A stretch of DNA of 64,000 nt, taken from IMG/VR virus record IMGVR_UViG_3300032268_001179; one strand, given 5' to 3'. The translations under genes were made by a program, and so were the position numbers. Below are positions 50,907 through 59,988 of this stretch, one piece after another. The notes under the pieces are model-generated. The model saw nothing but the letters and a program-made list of their open reading frames with translations. It made no database searches and was not told where the DNA came from. This DNA is from an uncultured virus (IMG/VR IMGVR_UViG_3300032268_001179). Lineage: Duplodnaviria; Heunggongvirae; Uroviricota; Caudoviricetes. The number at the start of each line of letters is the position of its first letter. Position 1 is the first letter of the stretch.

Positions 50907-51932
50907 ATGAAAAAATTTATAGTTGAAGAAACGGAAAAAAATTCAATCTTAGAAATGCATAAATCCTTGATGAAAGAACAATCTACTAATTCTACAGGGA
51001 CTGAGTCAAATGCGGATTTAGGGAAACTACGCAACGCTATTACAGTTGGTTGTTTGAAAAATGGATCATTGAAGAGAAGATCTAGTAATGGAGAAGTTTT
51101 TTATAGAAAACCAAGTGCTCAACAACCTAGCAAGCAAGTTGATTTTTATGCGAATATGACGTTCAAATTCGAAGATGGGAGTAAATCAGGAAAATGGGCT
51201 TGTCCTCAACTAGCTAATTTGGAAGCAAGTCAGGCCGCGGCTCAGCAAATTACACAACAAACAACAGCAGATATTGAATCAAAAATTGCAACCGAAATTA
51301 AAAAAAATTGGAAGAAGTTAGAAACCCTCAGACAAGAAGGGGTTGATTTAAATACTTTAGATAAAGTATACGATAAGCAAGTGATTGGAAATGTAACTCT
51401 TTACCGACCAAAAGGACAATCAACAACATTCACACCGAATACATCCACATCACAATTCAATCAAGAACAATTAGATTTCGTTAATAAGTTCGAAGATTTA
51501 GGATACAAACTCAACCCATCAAGAATTGAACAATCTACTATGGTTAAAGTATCTGATAAGGAGTTAGGAGCACCATCTGATTTATTTCCAAATGGATTAG
51601 TAATGTGGTATAATCCAAATACTCAATCTACTATTACAAGAAATCAAGATACAGTTTTAGGTGACATTTTGGATAATCAGGATATCAACAAAGCGGCTTG
51701 TAGAAAAAATATTGAAGATTACTTCGAATCTTTCAGAAGACAAGCAGTCGCAGATCCTGCAACTGTCAATAAAGCTAAAAAAATTGTTCAAGCTTGTAAG
51801 GGACAATATTATGGTAGATGGGGTGTTGCATTACAAGGTAACAAACTTGACAACTATTTGGATATCCTTTCAGGAAATAAAGGAGGTGGACCAACATCTT
51901 ACGGAAGTGACTCAATTTGGAGATTAAGATAA
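50907..51932 (+). CDS. hypothetical protein, MKKFIVEETEK..ILEMH motif
   Basis: ORF. Confidence 0.75.
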   Translation: MKKFIVEETEKNSILEMHKSLMKEQSTNSTGTESNADLGKLRNAITVGCLKNGSLKRRSSNGEVFYRKPSAQQPSKQVDFYANMTFKFEDGSKSGKWACPQLANLEASQAAAQQITQQTTADIESKIATEIKKNWKKLETLRQEGVDLNTLDKVYDKQVIGNVTLYRPKGQSTTFTPNTSTSQFNQEQLDFVNKFEDLGYKLNPSRIEQSTMVKVSDKELGAPSDLFPNGLVMWYNPNTQSTITRNQDTVLGDILDNQDINKAACRKNIEDYFESFRRQAVADPATVNKAKKIVQACKGQYYGRWGVALQGNKLDNYLDILSGNKGGGPTSYGSDSIWRLR

Positions 51933-51939
51933 TATTATT

Positions 51940-52608
51940 ATGATAGAGAAAAATATAAAATCAACACTGATTGAAATTAAGGAAAAAAAAGAATCGATTC
52001 TCATTGAACAAAATTTAGTTCATAGTCGTATCATGATGATTTTTGAGTCGAAAGACAATATTAAAAATTTCAAAAAATTACCGAAATCGAAACAAACAAA
52101 ACTTGCTAATAAACTTGTGTCAGAAATTTCATTCTTACATGAAAGTAATATTTTGAATGAACAAGATGGATTGATGGGTTTCTTGAAAGGGATTTTCGGA
52201 AACAGTTTGTCAGGAATTTTACAAACCATTGTTGAACCAATGGTAAATTCTTTATTGAGTGCAATTGGATTAGAAGGATACTTCAAAAATTTCTTAGTTT
52301 CTTTCATCACAAGTCACCCGTTGGAATTGGCTAAGGCATTGAAAAGTTGTGAAGCAATGACAACTTTAGTTGCCCAAGCATTATCTGAAGGGGCATTTAT
52401 GATGATCATGCAACAACAAGGAATGGAAGGATCTGGTTATACGTTCTTGAGAAATGCCTTGGGTGGAGCGGTAAAAGATACTAAATTCATAAACGCTATC
52501 GAAGAACAAGTTAGTGGTATTGTTTGTCAACTATATGAAAAAATGACTGGTAAAGCATCTGAAGTTGTTGACAAATTGAAACCAGAAACTGCCGCGGCTG
52601 CGGCTTAA
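51940..52608 (+). CDS. hypothetical protein
   Basis: ORF; ILNEQ site. Confidence 0.75.
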   Translation: MIEKNIKSTLIEIKEKKESILIEQNLVHSRIMMIFESKDNIKNFKKLPKSKQTKLANKLVSEISFLHESNILNEQDGLMGFLKGIFGNSLSGILQTIVEPMVNSLLSAIGLEGYFKNFLVSFITSHPLELAKALKSCEAMTTLVAQALSEGAFMMIMQQQGMEGSGYTFLRNALGGAVKDTKFINAIEEQVSGIVCQLYEKMTGKASEVVDKLKPETAAAAA

Positions 52609-52690
52609 AGCCAAAATAAGTAAAACTATTTTGTGATAAACTAAGAACAAAAAGAAAAGGGGGTGTTCAAGGTCTAAAAAAAAAGAAGGG

Positions 52691-53371
52691 TTATTTACCC
52701 TTCTTTTTTGTTTTTACCACCTCATCAATGATCCCGTAAGATAATGCCTCTTCACTATCTAACCACAAATCTCTTGACGCGTCCAGCTTAACTTGCTCAG
52801 GATCTTTACCGCAATATTCTCCTAAAAGACCGAACAATGTGTTGTTCAATTTCTCCCATTCTTTCATTGTGATTTGAGCGTCTTGGATGTTACCCACAGC
52901 TCCACCTGAAGATTGGTGTAACATGGTTCTTGAGAATCGAAGAGAACTTCTCTTTCCTTTGGTTCCCGCTCCAAGCAAAATAGACCCCATAGACGCCGCC
53001 ATACCTGTGTTAACTGTTCTGATATCACAAGATACATAGTTCATCACATCGACCATAGAAAGACCTGATTTTACACTTCCACCAGGACTATCGATATGCA
53101 TTGTTACGTCAGTCTTATCACTATTATCCAAGAACATCAATTGAGCTTGAACAATTGTTGACATTCGATCATCCACAGGCCCCGCAACCCAAATAATTCT
53201 GTCTCTCATCAATCTTGAAAAGATATCGATTTGTGTTGCTCTCATCTCCCTTTCCTCCAAGATATATGGAGTCATTGAAGATTCGATTTGTGAAGAAAAA
53301 TTATAAAGATCCAATGACCCTTTACCCAAGTGTTTTACGTAATAGTTTTGAAAGTCTTGTCCGATGTTCAT
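52691..53371 (-). CDS. clpP: ATP-dependent Clp protease proteolytic subunit
   Basis: DIFSRLM.DRII, DSPGG, AASMGS, MLHQ, RD.WL; Bacteroidota-type TPYILEER N-terminus. Confidence 0.95.
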   Translation of the reverse strand: MNIGQDFQNYYVKHLGKGSLDLYNFSSQIESSMTPYILEEREMRATQIDIFSRLMRDRIIWVAGPVDDRMSTIVQAQLMFLDNSDKTDVTMHIDSPGGSVKSGLSMVDVMNYVSCDIRTVNTGMAASMGSILLGAGTKGKRSSLRFSRTMLHQSSGGAVGNIQDAQITMKEWEKLNNTLFGLLGEYCGKDPEQVKLDASRDLWLDSEEALSYGIIDEVVKTKKKGK

Positions 53372-53408
53372 ATATGGTTTTTTTTACAAAGTTAATACAT
53401 TTTTTAAT

Positions 53409-53894
53409 TTATCCAAAAGATTTTTGAAATTCCGTCCAAACATTAAGTAACACTACATCATCATACATTATTGGTGGTTCGTATGCAGACTTGTTCATTG
53501 GCATCTTTGCCTCCTCAGGAGTTTTGTTGTCCTTATGTCGATTACACTTTGAACAACAAGTAACTAAGTTCGTCCATTCATTAGATCCCCCTCTTGATTT
53601 GGGTATCACGTGGTCTAAGGTTAGATTCTTTTTTGAACCACAATAAACACACTCATATCCATCTCTTTTATAAATGCGACTACGGTTGGGTTTATTCAAT
53701 CTTGTTCTGTGTCTGATATATTTTAATAACCGTATGATAACGGGTCGTATAAACGTCTTATAACCTGTCACAATCGGATTCTCGTCCGACCTTAACACTT
53801 CTGCCTTTCCCTTGGTGACCAACACAAATCCTCTTTGAACACTTGTTACGTTCAAAGGTGTGTAGTCAGAATTCAAAACTAATACGGTTGACAT
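53409..53894 (-). CDS. HNH endonuclease (McrA-like)
   Basis: VLVLN..Y.P, RD...CVYCG, TLDHVIP.SRGG..W.NLV.CC..CN. Confidence 0.9.
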   Translation of the reverse strand: MSTVLVLNSDYTPLNVTSVQRGFVLVTKGKAEVLRSDENPIVTGYKTFIRPVIIRLLKYIRHRTRLNKPNRSRIYKRDGYECVYCGSKKNLTLDHVIPKSRGGSNEWTNLVTCCSKCNRHKDNKTPEEAKMPMNKSAYEPPIMYDDVVLLNVWTEFQKSFG

Positions 53895-53991
53895 CTCGAA
53901 AATTTTAACAATTATAACTTATTTTCTCGAAAAAACAAAAGGGTCCAAAAACAATACTTGTGAAACCAAATTATTGAGTTATATTTAGGTT

Positions 53992-54597
53992 ATGAAAGTT
54001 ATATTCCTAGATAACGATGGAGTTATCTGTTTAAGTAGTAATTGGGGAACTCGCCACAAAAAACAAGACAAGTGGGGTGGGAAAAAATTGTCTATGGACA
54101 TAACATCAATTCCTGTTGAATGCCGTTTTGATAATTTTGATAAAAAAGCGGTAAAAGTTCTAAATCAAATATTAGAAACTACTGGCACTGAAATCGTAGT
54201 TAGTTCAGACTGGAGATTACACGCTAATTTGGAAGAGTTGGGAGAATATTATACATCTCAAGGTATCATCAAAAAACCAATAGGATTTACCGAAGTGTTT
54301 CATTACACAAATTGGTTAGATGAAGGTCGTGTCCCGTCTGATTTTGAATGGAACAGAACTGACAGTCGAGAACAAGAAAGACACTTCGAGATTAAAGATT
54401 GGTTGAAATCACATCCCGAAGTTACACATTGGGTAGCCGTTGATGACCTTCATATGGGAATCCAAGTTAAAGCAAGTAGTTACGGTCCATACGACAGAGA
54501 TTGGGGATTGGAAAACTTTGTTTGGACACCAAGAGATTGGGAGGGAATTAAACAAAGTGGTATTAAACAGAAAATAATAAAACATTTATCATGTTAG
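53992..54597 (+). CDS. HAD-superfamily phosphatase, Swiss-Army-knife RNA-repair type
   Basis: FLDNDGV, VVSSDWR, R..EI..WL, VAVDD. Confidence 0.8.
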   Translation: MKVIFLDNDGVICLSSNWGTRHKKQDKWGGKKLSMDITSIPVECRFDNFDKKAVKVLNQILETTGTEIVVSSDWRLHANLEELGEYYTSQGIIKKPIGFTEVFHYTNWLDEGRVPSDFEWNRTDSREQERHFEIKDWLKSHPEVTHWVAVDDLHMGIQVKASSYGPYDRDWGLENFVWTPRDWEGIKQSGIKQKIIKHLSC

Positions 54598-54785
54598 TTA
54601 ACATAAAAAAAATATTGGAAGAAGAAGGTGAAGTTCGTAAATTCGGTGGAGTCGCTCCCGAAGGTTTTGTTCTAGTTCACGAGAAAGCATTAGAACAACT
54701 TAAAGATTTTGACACATGGAAAATGTGGAAACATAATCAAATTACGATAAAAGAATTAAATAAAACTAACTTTAATAATAGTTAA
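54591..54785 (+). CDS. hypothetical protein
   Basis: ORF. Confidence 0.6.
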   Translation: MLVNIKKILEEEGEVRKFGGVAPEGFVLVHEKALEQLKDFDTWKMWKHNQITIKELNKTNFNNS

Positions 54786-54791
54786 TAATAT

Positions 54792-55124
54792 ATGATAGAT
54801 TTTATTAAAATTTCACCCAAAAGACATCTCTTAAAAACAATAAGTTATAGAGTTGTAAGTAGTGTTATTGGTTTTTTGGTGCTATGGCTTTTTTTCGGAA
54901 TAATGGTGGCGGTTTCATTCACTTTATTTGAACTATTTTGTAAACCATTACTATACTATATTCACGAACTAATATGGTATAGGCACATAAAATTAGGAGT
55001 CACGAAAGTTGAAGATCCAATTAAACCTGATTTACGTATTATGGATTCGATGTCAACTGGAGTTTCTAAAGCCGTAACAACCACAGGACCAAAAAGATTA
55101 GTTTATACAAAGAAGACCGAATAA
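54792..55124 (+). CDS. DUF2061-like membrane protein
   Basis: RHLLKTISYR..K.LLYYIHE.IW. Confidence 0.75.
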   Translation: MIDFIKISPKRHLLKTISYRVVSSVIGFLVLWLFFGIMVAVSFTLFELFCKPLLYYIHELIWYRHIKLGVTKVEDPIKPDLRIMDSMSTGVSKAVTTTGPKRLVYTKKTE

Positions 55125-55162
55125 CTCGGTCTTTTTTTTTATAACTCTGATATTTATTACAT

Positions 55163-56371
55163 ATGAGTATCGAAAAACTAATATCAAAAATATTTGAAGA
55201 CATTGATCAGAATAAGAAAATTCTTAAAGAAGCAATGGTCAAACCTATCGACGTGGCATCTTCTTATCCTGATCTAATATTTGCAACAAGAACCCAAAAA
55301 GATGATATTAACCAAGCATTATTGGATGACCTTCAAAAAGCCTCTGATATTACAGGATTAAAAGTAAATGTAAATTTTGCCAAGACTGATCACGGAAAAA
55401 ATACTGCGAGCGGTAACGTTAGTAGACACTACACAAACCAGGCGGTTGATATTGGGTCAATAGGTGGGAAAATAGTAAGCCCAAATAATAGAGATGTTGT
55501 AAACAAATATGTCAATGCTTTGGTTAGTATGGGATATACCAAAAACTCTGAAGGTGGTAACCCTAAGTCAGTACTAACATTTGGATTTCCAGCACATGAT
55601 GATCATATTCACGTTTCAAATACTACAGGCTCATCTTCAGTAGTTTCGAATACCTCAGATTCATCTTATGATGTCGACGATAGATCTCAAACCGCTTATG
55701 ATTATGCAATGTCTCAAGGAGATGGATCAAGTCCTAAAGAAGTAATTGGACAGAGAATTCTCACAATTCCTGGTATATTTGAATCAGTAGGTTTTGGAAA
55801 AAATGTCTCCAATAGATATGGTAGGTTAATTATTCCAAAAGATAAAAATCCGAAAATCAAATCCCCAATTTCAGGCGTTATCGACAATAGAAAATATTTT
55901 CCAAACTGTGTTAATCAAGTCACGGTGAGAAATGACGACAATGGAACAACCTATCTCCAATATTGTGGTATATCAAGTCCCAAAAGATTAAGAAATGAGG
56001 AATCCGTAAGTATCGGAGATACTTTAGGTTCGACTGATACAGATGTTGAGGTAAACTACTATGATGCAAGTTGGAATAAACTTCCGATCTCGTCTGCAGG
56101 TATTTCTATCGAAAAATCAGATACTGATACTGAAAAGAAAAAAAATACAACAGAACCTGAATATTATGACCCATTAATGGCGGCATTACTTTTAGCGCCA
56201 TCAAAGATTTTTAAAGATAAATTTGATAAAGAAGGAAATAGAGTCGAAAAAAGATATGGTGGAGTTTCTGACAAACAACAAGTTGATCCTTTTGTGTTGA
56301 ATTTTTTAAAAGACCCTTTTAATAGAAAAAAGGTAAACGAGAATATTGAAAAGATTAAAAAAATGTTATAA
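55163..56371 (+). CDS. putative peptidoglycan peptidase (M15-like) with degenerate M23-like domain
   Basis: SRHY...AVD and HDDHIH. Confidence 0.6.
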   Translation: MSIEKLISKIFEDIDQNKKILKEAMVKPIDVASSYPDLIFATRTQKDDINQALLDDLQKASDITGLKVNVNFAKTDHGKNTASGNVSRHYTNQAVDIGSIGGKIVSPNNRDVVNKYVNALVSMGYTKNSEGGNPKSVLTFGFPAHDDHIHVSNTTGSSSVVSNTSDSSYDVDDRSQTAYDYAMSQGDGSSPKEVIGQRILTIPGIFESVGFGKNVSNRYGRLIIPKDKNPKIKSPISGVIDNRKYFPNCVNQVTVRNDDNGTTYLQYCGISSPKRLRNEESVSIGDTLGSTDTDVEVNYYDASWNKLPISSAGISIEKSDTDTEKKKNTTEPEYYDPLMAALLLAPSKIFKDKFDKEGNRVEKRYGGVSDKQQVDPFVLNFLKDPFNRKKVNENIEKIKKML

Positions 56372-56414
56372 AAAAAACCCACTTTCGTGGGTTTTTTGAT
56401 TTTGTGAGTTGTTA

Positions 56415-56624
56415 TTACTTTACTGCCTCACCTTTAGCGGCTTCAACTTCTACAACTTCAGCTCCACCAACTTCAACTTCTTCAACTGCGACTGTGTCAG
56501 CAACTTCAACCTGTACTGAATCAACTGCTACTGAATCAGTTCCTTCAGATTGAACTCCTTTACCTCCGCAAGATGCAAGAACTGTAGTCGCTGCGATTGC
56601 GAATAATACGAAAATTTTTCTCAT
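56415..56624 (-). CDS. small lipoprotein
   Basis: lipobox LASC. Confidence 0.7.
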   Translation of the reverse strand: MRKIFVLFAIAATTVLASCGGKGVQSEGTDSVAVDSVQVEVADTVAVEEVEVGGAEVVEVEAAKGEAVK

Positions 56625-56722
56625 TTTTTTTGTTTTTTTTATGTGTTATGTTTTTTATTAAACCTTTCATAAATATATGAAAAAATTTCAGATACTTCAA
56701 ATACCAAATAAAATTTTTTTTT

Positions 56723-57061
56723 CTAATTGATAATTTGGATCAGAAAGTAGGATAGTTTGTAACCTGAAAATGCCCCCAAAGTTGATGGTACAGGGAACAC
56801 AATCAGCTTTCCAAGATCAGTTACGTATTTTGGACGATTGACAATTCGTCCCATGAAAAAATAATATGTAAGATATCCAATTAAAACTGCGATGTCAGTT
56901 TTGGTTGCAATAAAAACAACTAATGTCGCCGCGATGAATCCAAAAATAAAATTATCTCTAACCCCTTCCCAAATTTCATAGGAGGTCGCGTCTTTATATT
57001 CTTTAACAATCTTATCGAATTTGGTATTTCTACCAATTCTTTTTTTCACTTGAATTTCCAT
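56723..57061 (-). CDS. membrane protein
   Basis: hydrophobic segments. Confidence 0.65.
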   Translation of the reverse strand: MEIQVKKRIGRNTKFDKIVKEYKDATSYEIWEGVRDNFIFGFIAATLVVFIATKTDIAVLIGYLTYYFFMGRIVNRPKYVTDLGKLIVFPVPSTLGAFSGYKLSYFLIQIIN

Positions 57062-57062
57062 G

Positions 57063-57136
57063 TTGGGATAGGTGGACTCGAACCACCAACCTTTCGCGTA
57101 TCAGACGAATGCTCTAACCAATTGAGCTATATCCCA
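57063..57136 (-). tRNA. trnI: tRNA-Ile(GAU)
   Basis: cloverleaf; anticodon loop CTGATAC. Confidence 0.95.
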
Positions 57137-57152
57137 TTATTGTAGGTTAAAG

Positions 57153-57226
57153 AGCGGGTAGTGAGATTCGAACTCACAACTTCCGACTTGGAAGGACGGC
57201 ACTCTGGCCAATTGAGCTATACCCGC
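57153..57226 (-). tRNA. trnG: tRNA-Gly(UCC)
   Basis: cloverleaf; loop CTTCCAA. Confidence 0.95.
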
Positions 57227-57235
57227 TTTTTTGTG

Positions 57236-57386
57236 CTGTAAGGGATGGATTCGAACCATCAAATGGAGATTCAATTGATAACATGACGCTTGCAAGCTGG
57301 TGGTCTACCCCCTAATATTATCAATCTATTTCTTGTTCCACACCCCCGAGACAGGAGGGTACGTCTGCCAATTTCGTCACCTTACA
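57236..57386 (-). tRNA. trnD: tRNA-Asp(GUC)-like with ~82-nt variable arm
   Basis: TGTAAGG/CCTTACA acceptor; CCCTC-CTGTCTC-GGGGG; GATGG-TTCGAAT-CCATC; G73. Confidence 0.75.
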
Positions 57387-57395
57387 ATTTTAAAG

Positions 57396-57483
57396 AGGAG
57401 AGAGTAGGATTCGAACCCACGGTACCCTCACAGGTACTCCTGATTTCAAGTCAGGTGCAATCGGCCAACTCTGCCATCTCTCC
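57396..57483 (-). tRNA. trnS: tRNA-Ser(UGA)
   Basis: class II cloverleaf; loop CTTGAAA. Confidence 0.95.
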
Positions 57484-57614
57484 AAAGTGGGGATGAGTAT
57501 TTGCAACTACTCACCCCCGAAAATGACTTACCCTGGTACGCATTAGATACGTGGTAAGTACTGTTAATACAAATATAATCAAAATATCTCAGAATAAAAA
57601 ATATTTTGAAAATG

Positions 57615-57699
57615 CAGAGAGTATTGGATTCGAACCAATGCATCCCTTTCGAGATGACAGATTAGCAATCTGCTCCTTTAACCACTCAGGCAACTCTCT
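57615..57699 (-). tRNA. trnS: tRNA-Ser(GCU)
   Basis: class II cloverleaf; loop TTGCTAA. Confidence 0.95.
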
Positions 57700-57703
57700 A
57701 ATG

Positions 57704-57774
57704 TTATCCTACAAGGATTCGAACCTCGAATAACTGAACCAAAATCAGTTGTGTTACCGTTACACCATAGGATA
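57704..57774 (-). tRNA. trnQ: tRNA-Gln(UUG)
   Basis: cloverleaf; loop TTTTGGT. Confidence 0.93.
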
Positions 57775-57777
57775 GTG

Positions 57778-57857
57778 TGGGAGTAGATGGACTCGAACCA
57801 CCGAACCCGAAAGAAGGGATTTACAGTCCCCCGCAATTGCCACTATGCGATACTCCC
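57778..57857 (-). tRNA. trnY: tRNA-Tyr(GUA)
   Basis: cloverleaf; loop CTGTAAA. Confidence 0.95.
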
Positions 57858-57862
57858 AAGTT

Positions 57863-57986
57863 TAGGAAAGGAGAAGATGGTCGAGTGGACAACTCCTTTT
57901 ACGATTGGCATTACTACGATGATTCCAACTCCGAATATACCACCTCCATCATCAGGTTAACATACATTCCTTCCCCAATCAACCTA
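57863..57986 (-). ncRNA. unknown structured RNA
   Basis: GATTGG/CCAATC, GATGAT/ATCATC, AAAGGAG/CTCCTTT stems. Confidence 0.45.
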
Positions 57987-57989
57987 TAA

Positions 57990-58076
57990 ATGTTCTTCAG
58001 CATTCTACTCCCAGCTACGAGGAATCGTATCTAACTTAGCCCATCTCCACTGCTGTATGGGTACTGAAGTTTACAT
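57990..58076 (-). ncRNA. unknown structured RNA
   Basis: CTTCAGTA/TGCTGAAG closing stem; CCCAT/ATGGG and TACGA/TCGTA hairpins. Confidence 0.45.
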
Positions 58077-58080
58077 TTTG

Positions 58081-58151
58081 CACACCTACCAAGACTCGAA
58101 CTTGGAACAACGGTTTTGGAGACCGTGATGATGCCATTTCACCATAGATGT
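58081..58151 (-). tRNA. trnW: tRNA-Trp(CCA)
   Basis: cloverleaf; loop CTCCAAA. Confidence 0.93.
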
Positions 58152-58568
58152 TTACTTATTCAACAACCAAGATGAAGATTGGATTTTATCTCCAAGTCCG
58201 TCAATCAATTTAACCCCCAACCAATCACAAATTGGGGTCTCAGGGATACTATTATTGTTTTGGTCCCCACCATTGGCGAATAGGAATTCGTCCTCTCTAT
58301 CCCCCAAAGAATGAATCAATTCAATTGTCTTACACACAGTTCGATCTGTATCAACTGAAAGAAATACTCTATCAACCATTTTTAGGTTTTGAATGATGAA
58401 CATTCTTTCATTCTCATCTTGAAATTCTTTACTACCCTTCAACTCTCTCTGTTTGTCGTTATTGACAATAACATAGAGTTTGTCACCATGTTCTTTGGAC
58501 TTATTGAAATATTCGATATGTCCCTTATGAACAGGATTAAAATAACCGCTTACAATTACAATTTTCAT
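58152..58568 (-). CDS. cytidylyltransferase-family (HIGH) nucleotidyltransferase
   Basis: SGYFNPVHKGH, FANGGD, KIQSSS. Confidence 0.85.
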   Translation of the reverse strand: MKIVIVSGYFNPVHKGHIEYFNKSKEHGDKLYVIVNNDKQRELKGSKEFQDENERMFIIQNLKMVDRVFLSVDTDRTVCKTIELIHSLGDREDEFLFANGGDQNNNSIPETPICDWLGVKLIDGLGDKIQSSSWLLNK

Positions 58569-58580
58569 TTCGTATTAAAT

Positions 58581-58868
58581 TTAATAGGTGAAATTACTGA
58601 ATTTTAACCCCCACATTAGAGAAATCATTGCCATTTCTCTTTCCGCAAATTTCTTACTGAATCGAAATCTCTTTTGTAGTTCTTTTACTCCCCACTTTTT
58701 CCATTCTTCATTTTGTTCCACAGTCATATTCCAATCGGTGTACCAGTCATCTTTGCGGTCCTTGATATCGTCATATGTTACAGGATGACCAGCAATCTCG
58801 AACATTTTGTTTATCAAATCGATAACAGTTTTTTCTTTTTTTTGTTCTGATGATAATCTTGGTTTCAT
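58581..58868 (-). CDS. hypothetical protein
   Basis: ORF. Confidence 0.7.
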   Translation of the reverse strand: MKPRLSSEQKKEKTVIDLINKMFEIAGHPVTYDDIKDRKDDWYTDWNMTVEQNEEWKKWGVKELQKRFRFSKKFAEREMAMISLMWGLKFSNFTY

Positions 58869-58872
58869 AATT

Positions 58873-59421
58873 TTATTTTTTTACAAATTTACTTTTTGAC
58901 AATAAATCATCCCAATTCTCATATCCTTGTTCTTTCGCATATTCATCGTTTTTCTTTCGACGAAATTCTTTGATCTTATCAGGGTCTCTCATTTGATCAG
59001 AATTCTCGAAACCCAAGGATTTTGCACACTCCTCTTCACACCATTCGTGAGATCCAATCCCAATGTTTATTGGTAAATCAGTTTCCAATGATTCAATAAA
59101 ATCTTCGAATTGATTTGCGGCTTCAAATGGCATTGTGTAAATACCTTCACTTACTTGATACCCACTCTCATCCTGACTATCGAAAATTTCGATCCTTCCC
59201 ATTCTATACTTTTCCCCCAACAAACTGAACACACCATATCCAACTGTGGAATAACTGAATCTACCTGGTGTGTTCACTCCTTTGATATCAACACATCTTG
59301 GATTCACTTCCATATAATGAGCCAACTTGTCAACAAGATCTTCATCAGTCAATTCTTTTCCATCTTGTGTTCTTCGGATGTTACTTAAAAACCATAACAA
59401 ATCCTCTCTGTTTATTTTCAT
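58873..59421 (-). CDS. hypothetical protein
   Basis: start reassigned to MKINRE, downstream of tRNA-Cys. Confidence 0.7.
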   Translation of the reverse strand: MKINREDLLWFLSNIRRTQDGKELTDEDLVDKLAHYMEVNPRCVDIKGVNTPGRFSYSTVGYGVFSLLGEKYRMGRIEIFDSQDESGYQVSEGIYTMPFEAANQFEDFIESLETDLPINIGIGSHEWCEEECAKSLGFENSDQMRDPDKIKEFRRKKNDEYAKEQGYENWDDLLSKSKFVKK

Positions 59422-59435
59422 TTTTTTATTTTTTG

Positions 59436-59509
59436 AGGTCAGAATCGGATTCGAACCGATGGATACTTGTTTTGCAGACAAGCCCCTTAAGCCACTTGGG
59501 TATCTGACC
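59436..59509 (-). tRNA. trnC: tRNA-Cys(GCA)
   Basis: cloverleaf; loop CTGCAAA; U73. Confidence 0.95.
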
Positions 59510-59513
59510 ATTG

Positions 59514-59585
59514 TGTGACCGAAGAGAATCGAACTCTTACCTGAAGTGCCACAAACTTCCGCCCTCCCATTAGGCTACGGCCACC
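59514..59585 (-). tRNA. trnH: tRNA-His(GUG)
   Basis: cloverleaf; loop TTGTGGC; G-1 present. Confidence 0.9.
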
Positions 59586-59599
59586 ATATAATATTATTG

Positions 59600-59671
59600 A
59601 GGGGAGGGAGAATTACGATATCTCGACCTATTGATTAACAGTCAATTGCTCTGCCTCTGAGCTACCACCCC
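59600..59671 (-). tRNA. trnN: tRNA-Asn(GUU), non-canonical T loop
   Basis: loop CTGTTAA; T loop ATCGTAA. Confidence 0.85.
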
Positions 59672-59676
59672 AAATG

Positions 59677-59746
59677 TAAGTCAGGACGGGTTTCTAACCC
59701 GCTCTTCAGTTAATCACCGCGTGCTGCCATTTACACCACCTGACTT
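59677..59746 (-). ncRNA. tRNA-like RNA TL1 (AGTCAGG family)
   Basis: AAGTCAGG/CCTGACTT acceptor, D arm and T arm; shrunken anticodon arm. Confidence 0.7.
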
Positions 59747-59772
59747 TGAAATTCGAAGGTAAGTAATTTTTT

Positions 59773-59988
59773 TTACTTTTCAAAACCACCGAACTTCTCC
59801 AAAAGAACACCTAAAAGACCTCCACCAAAAGGAATTGTTACAAACAGAGTGCTATACCAAACATGATTTCCCGTGACATAAGATAGAATCACAGGAACCA
59901 AAGATGGAAGACATGCCACTATGATCAGACCCATAATTTTATATGTTTCTGTAACTCCTTTCTTAAATGCTCTTCTTTTAGTTTTCAT
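59773..59988 (-). CDS. small membrane protein
   Basis: two TM segments. Confidence 0.65.
   Translation of the reverse strand: MKTKRRAFKKGVTETYKIMGLIIVACLPSLVPVILSYVTGNHVWYSTLFVTIPFGGGLLGVLLEKFGGFEK

Noticed and set aside
53409..53894. HNH gene as a mobile intron element
   Set aside because: No flanking intron core or split gene; it looks like a free-standing McrA-like HNH.
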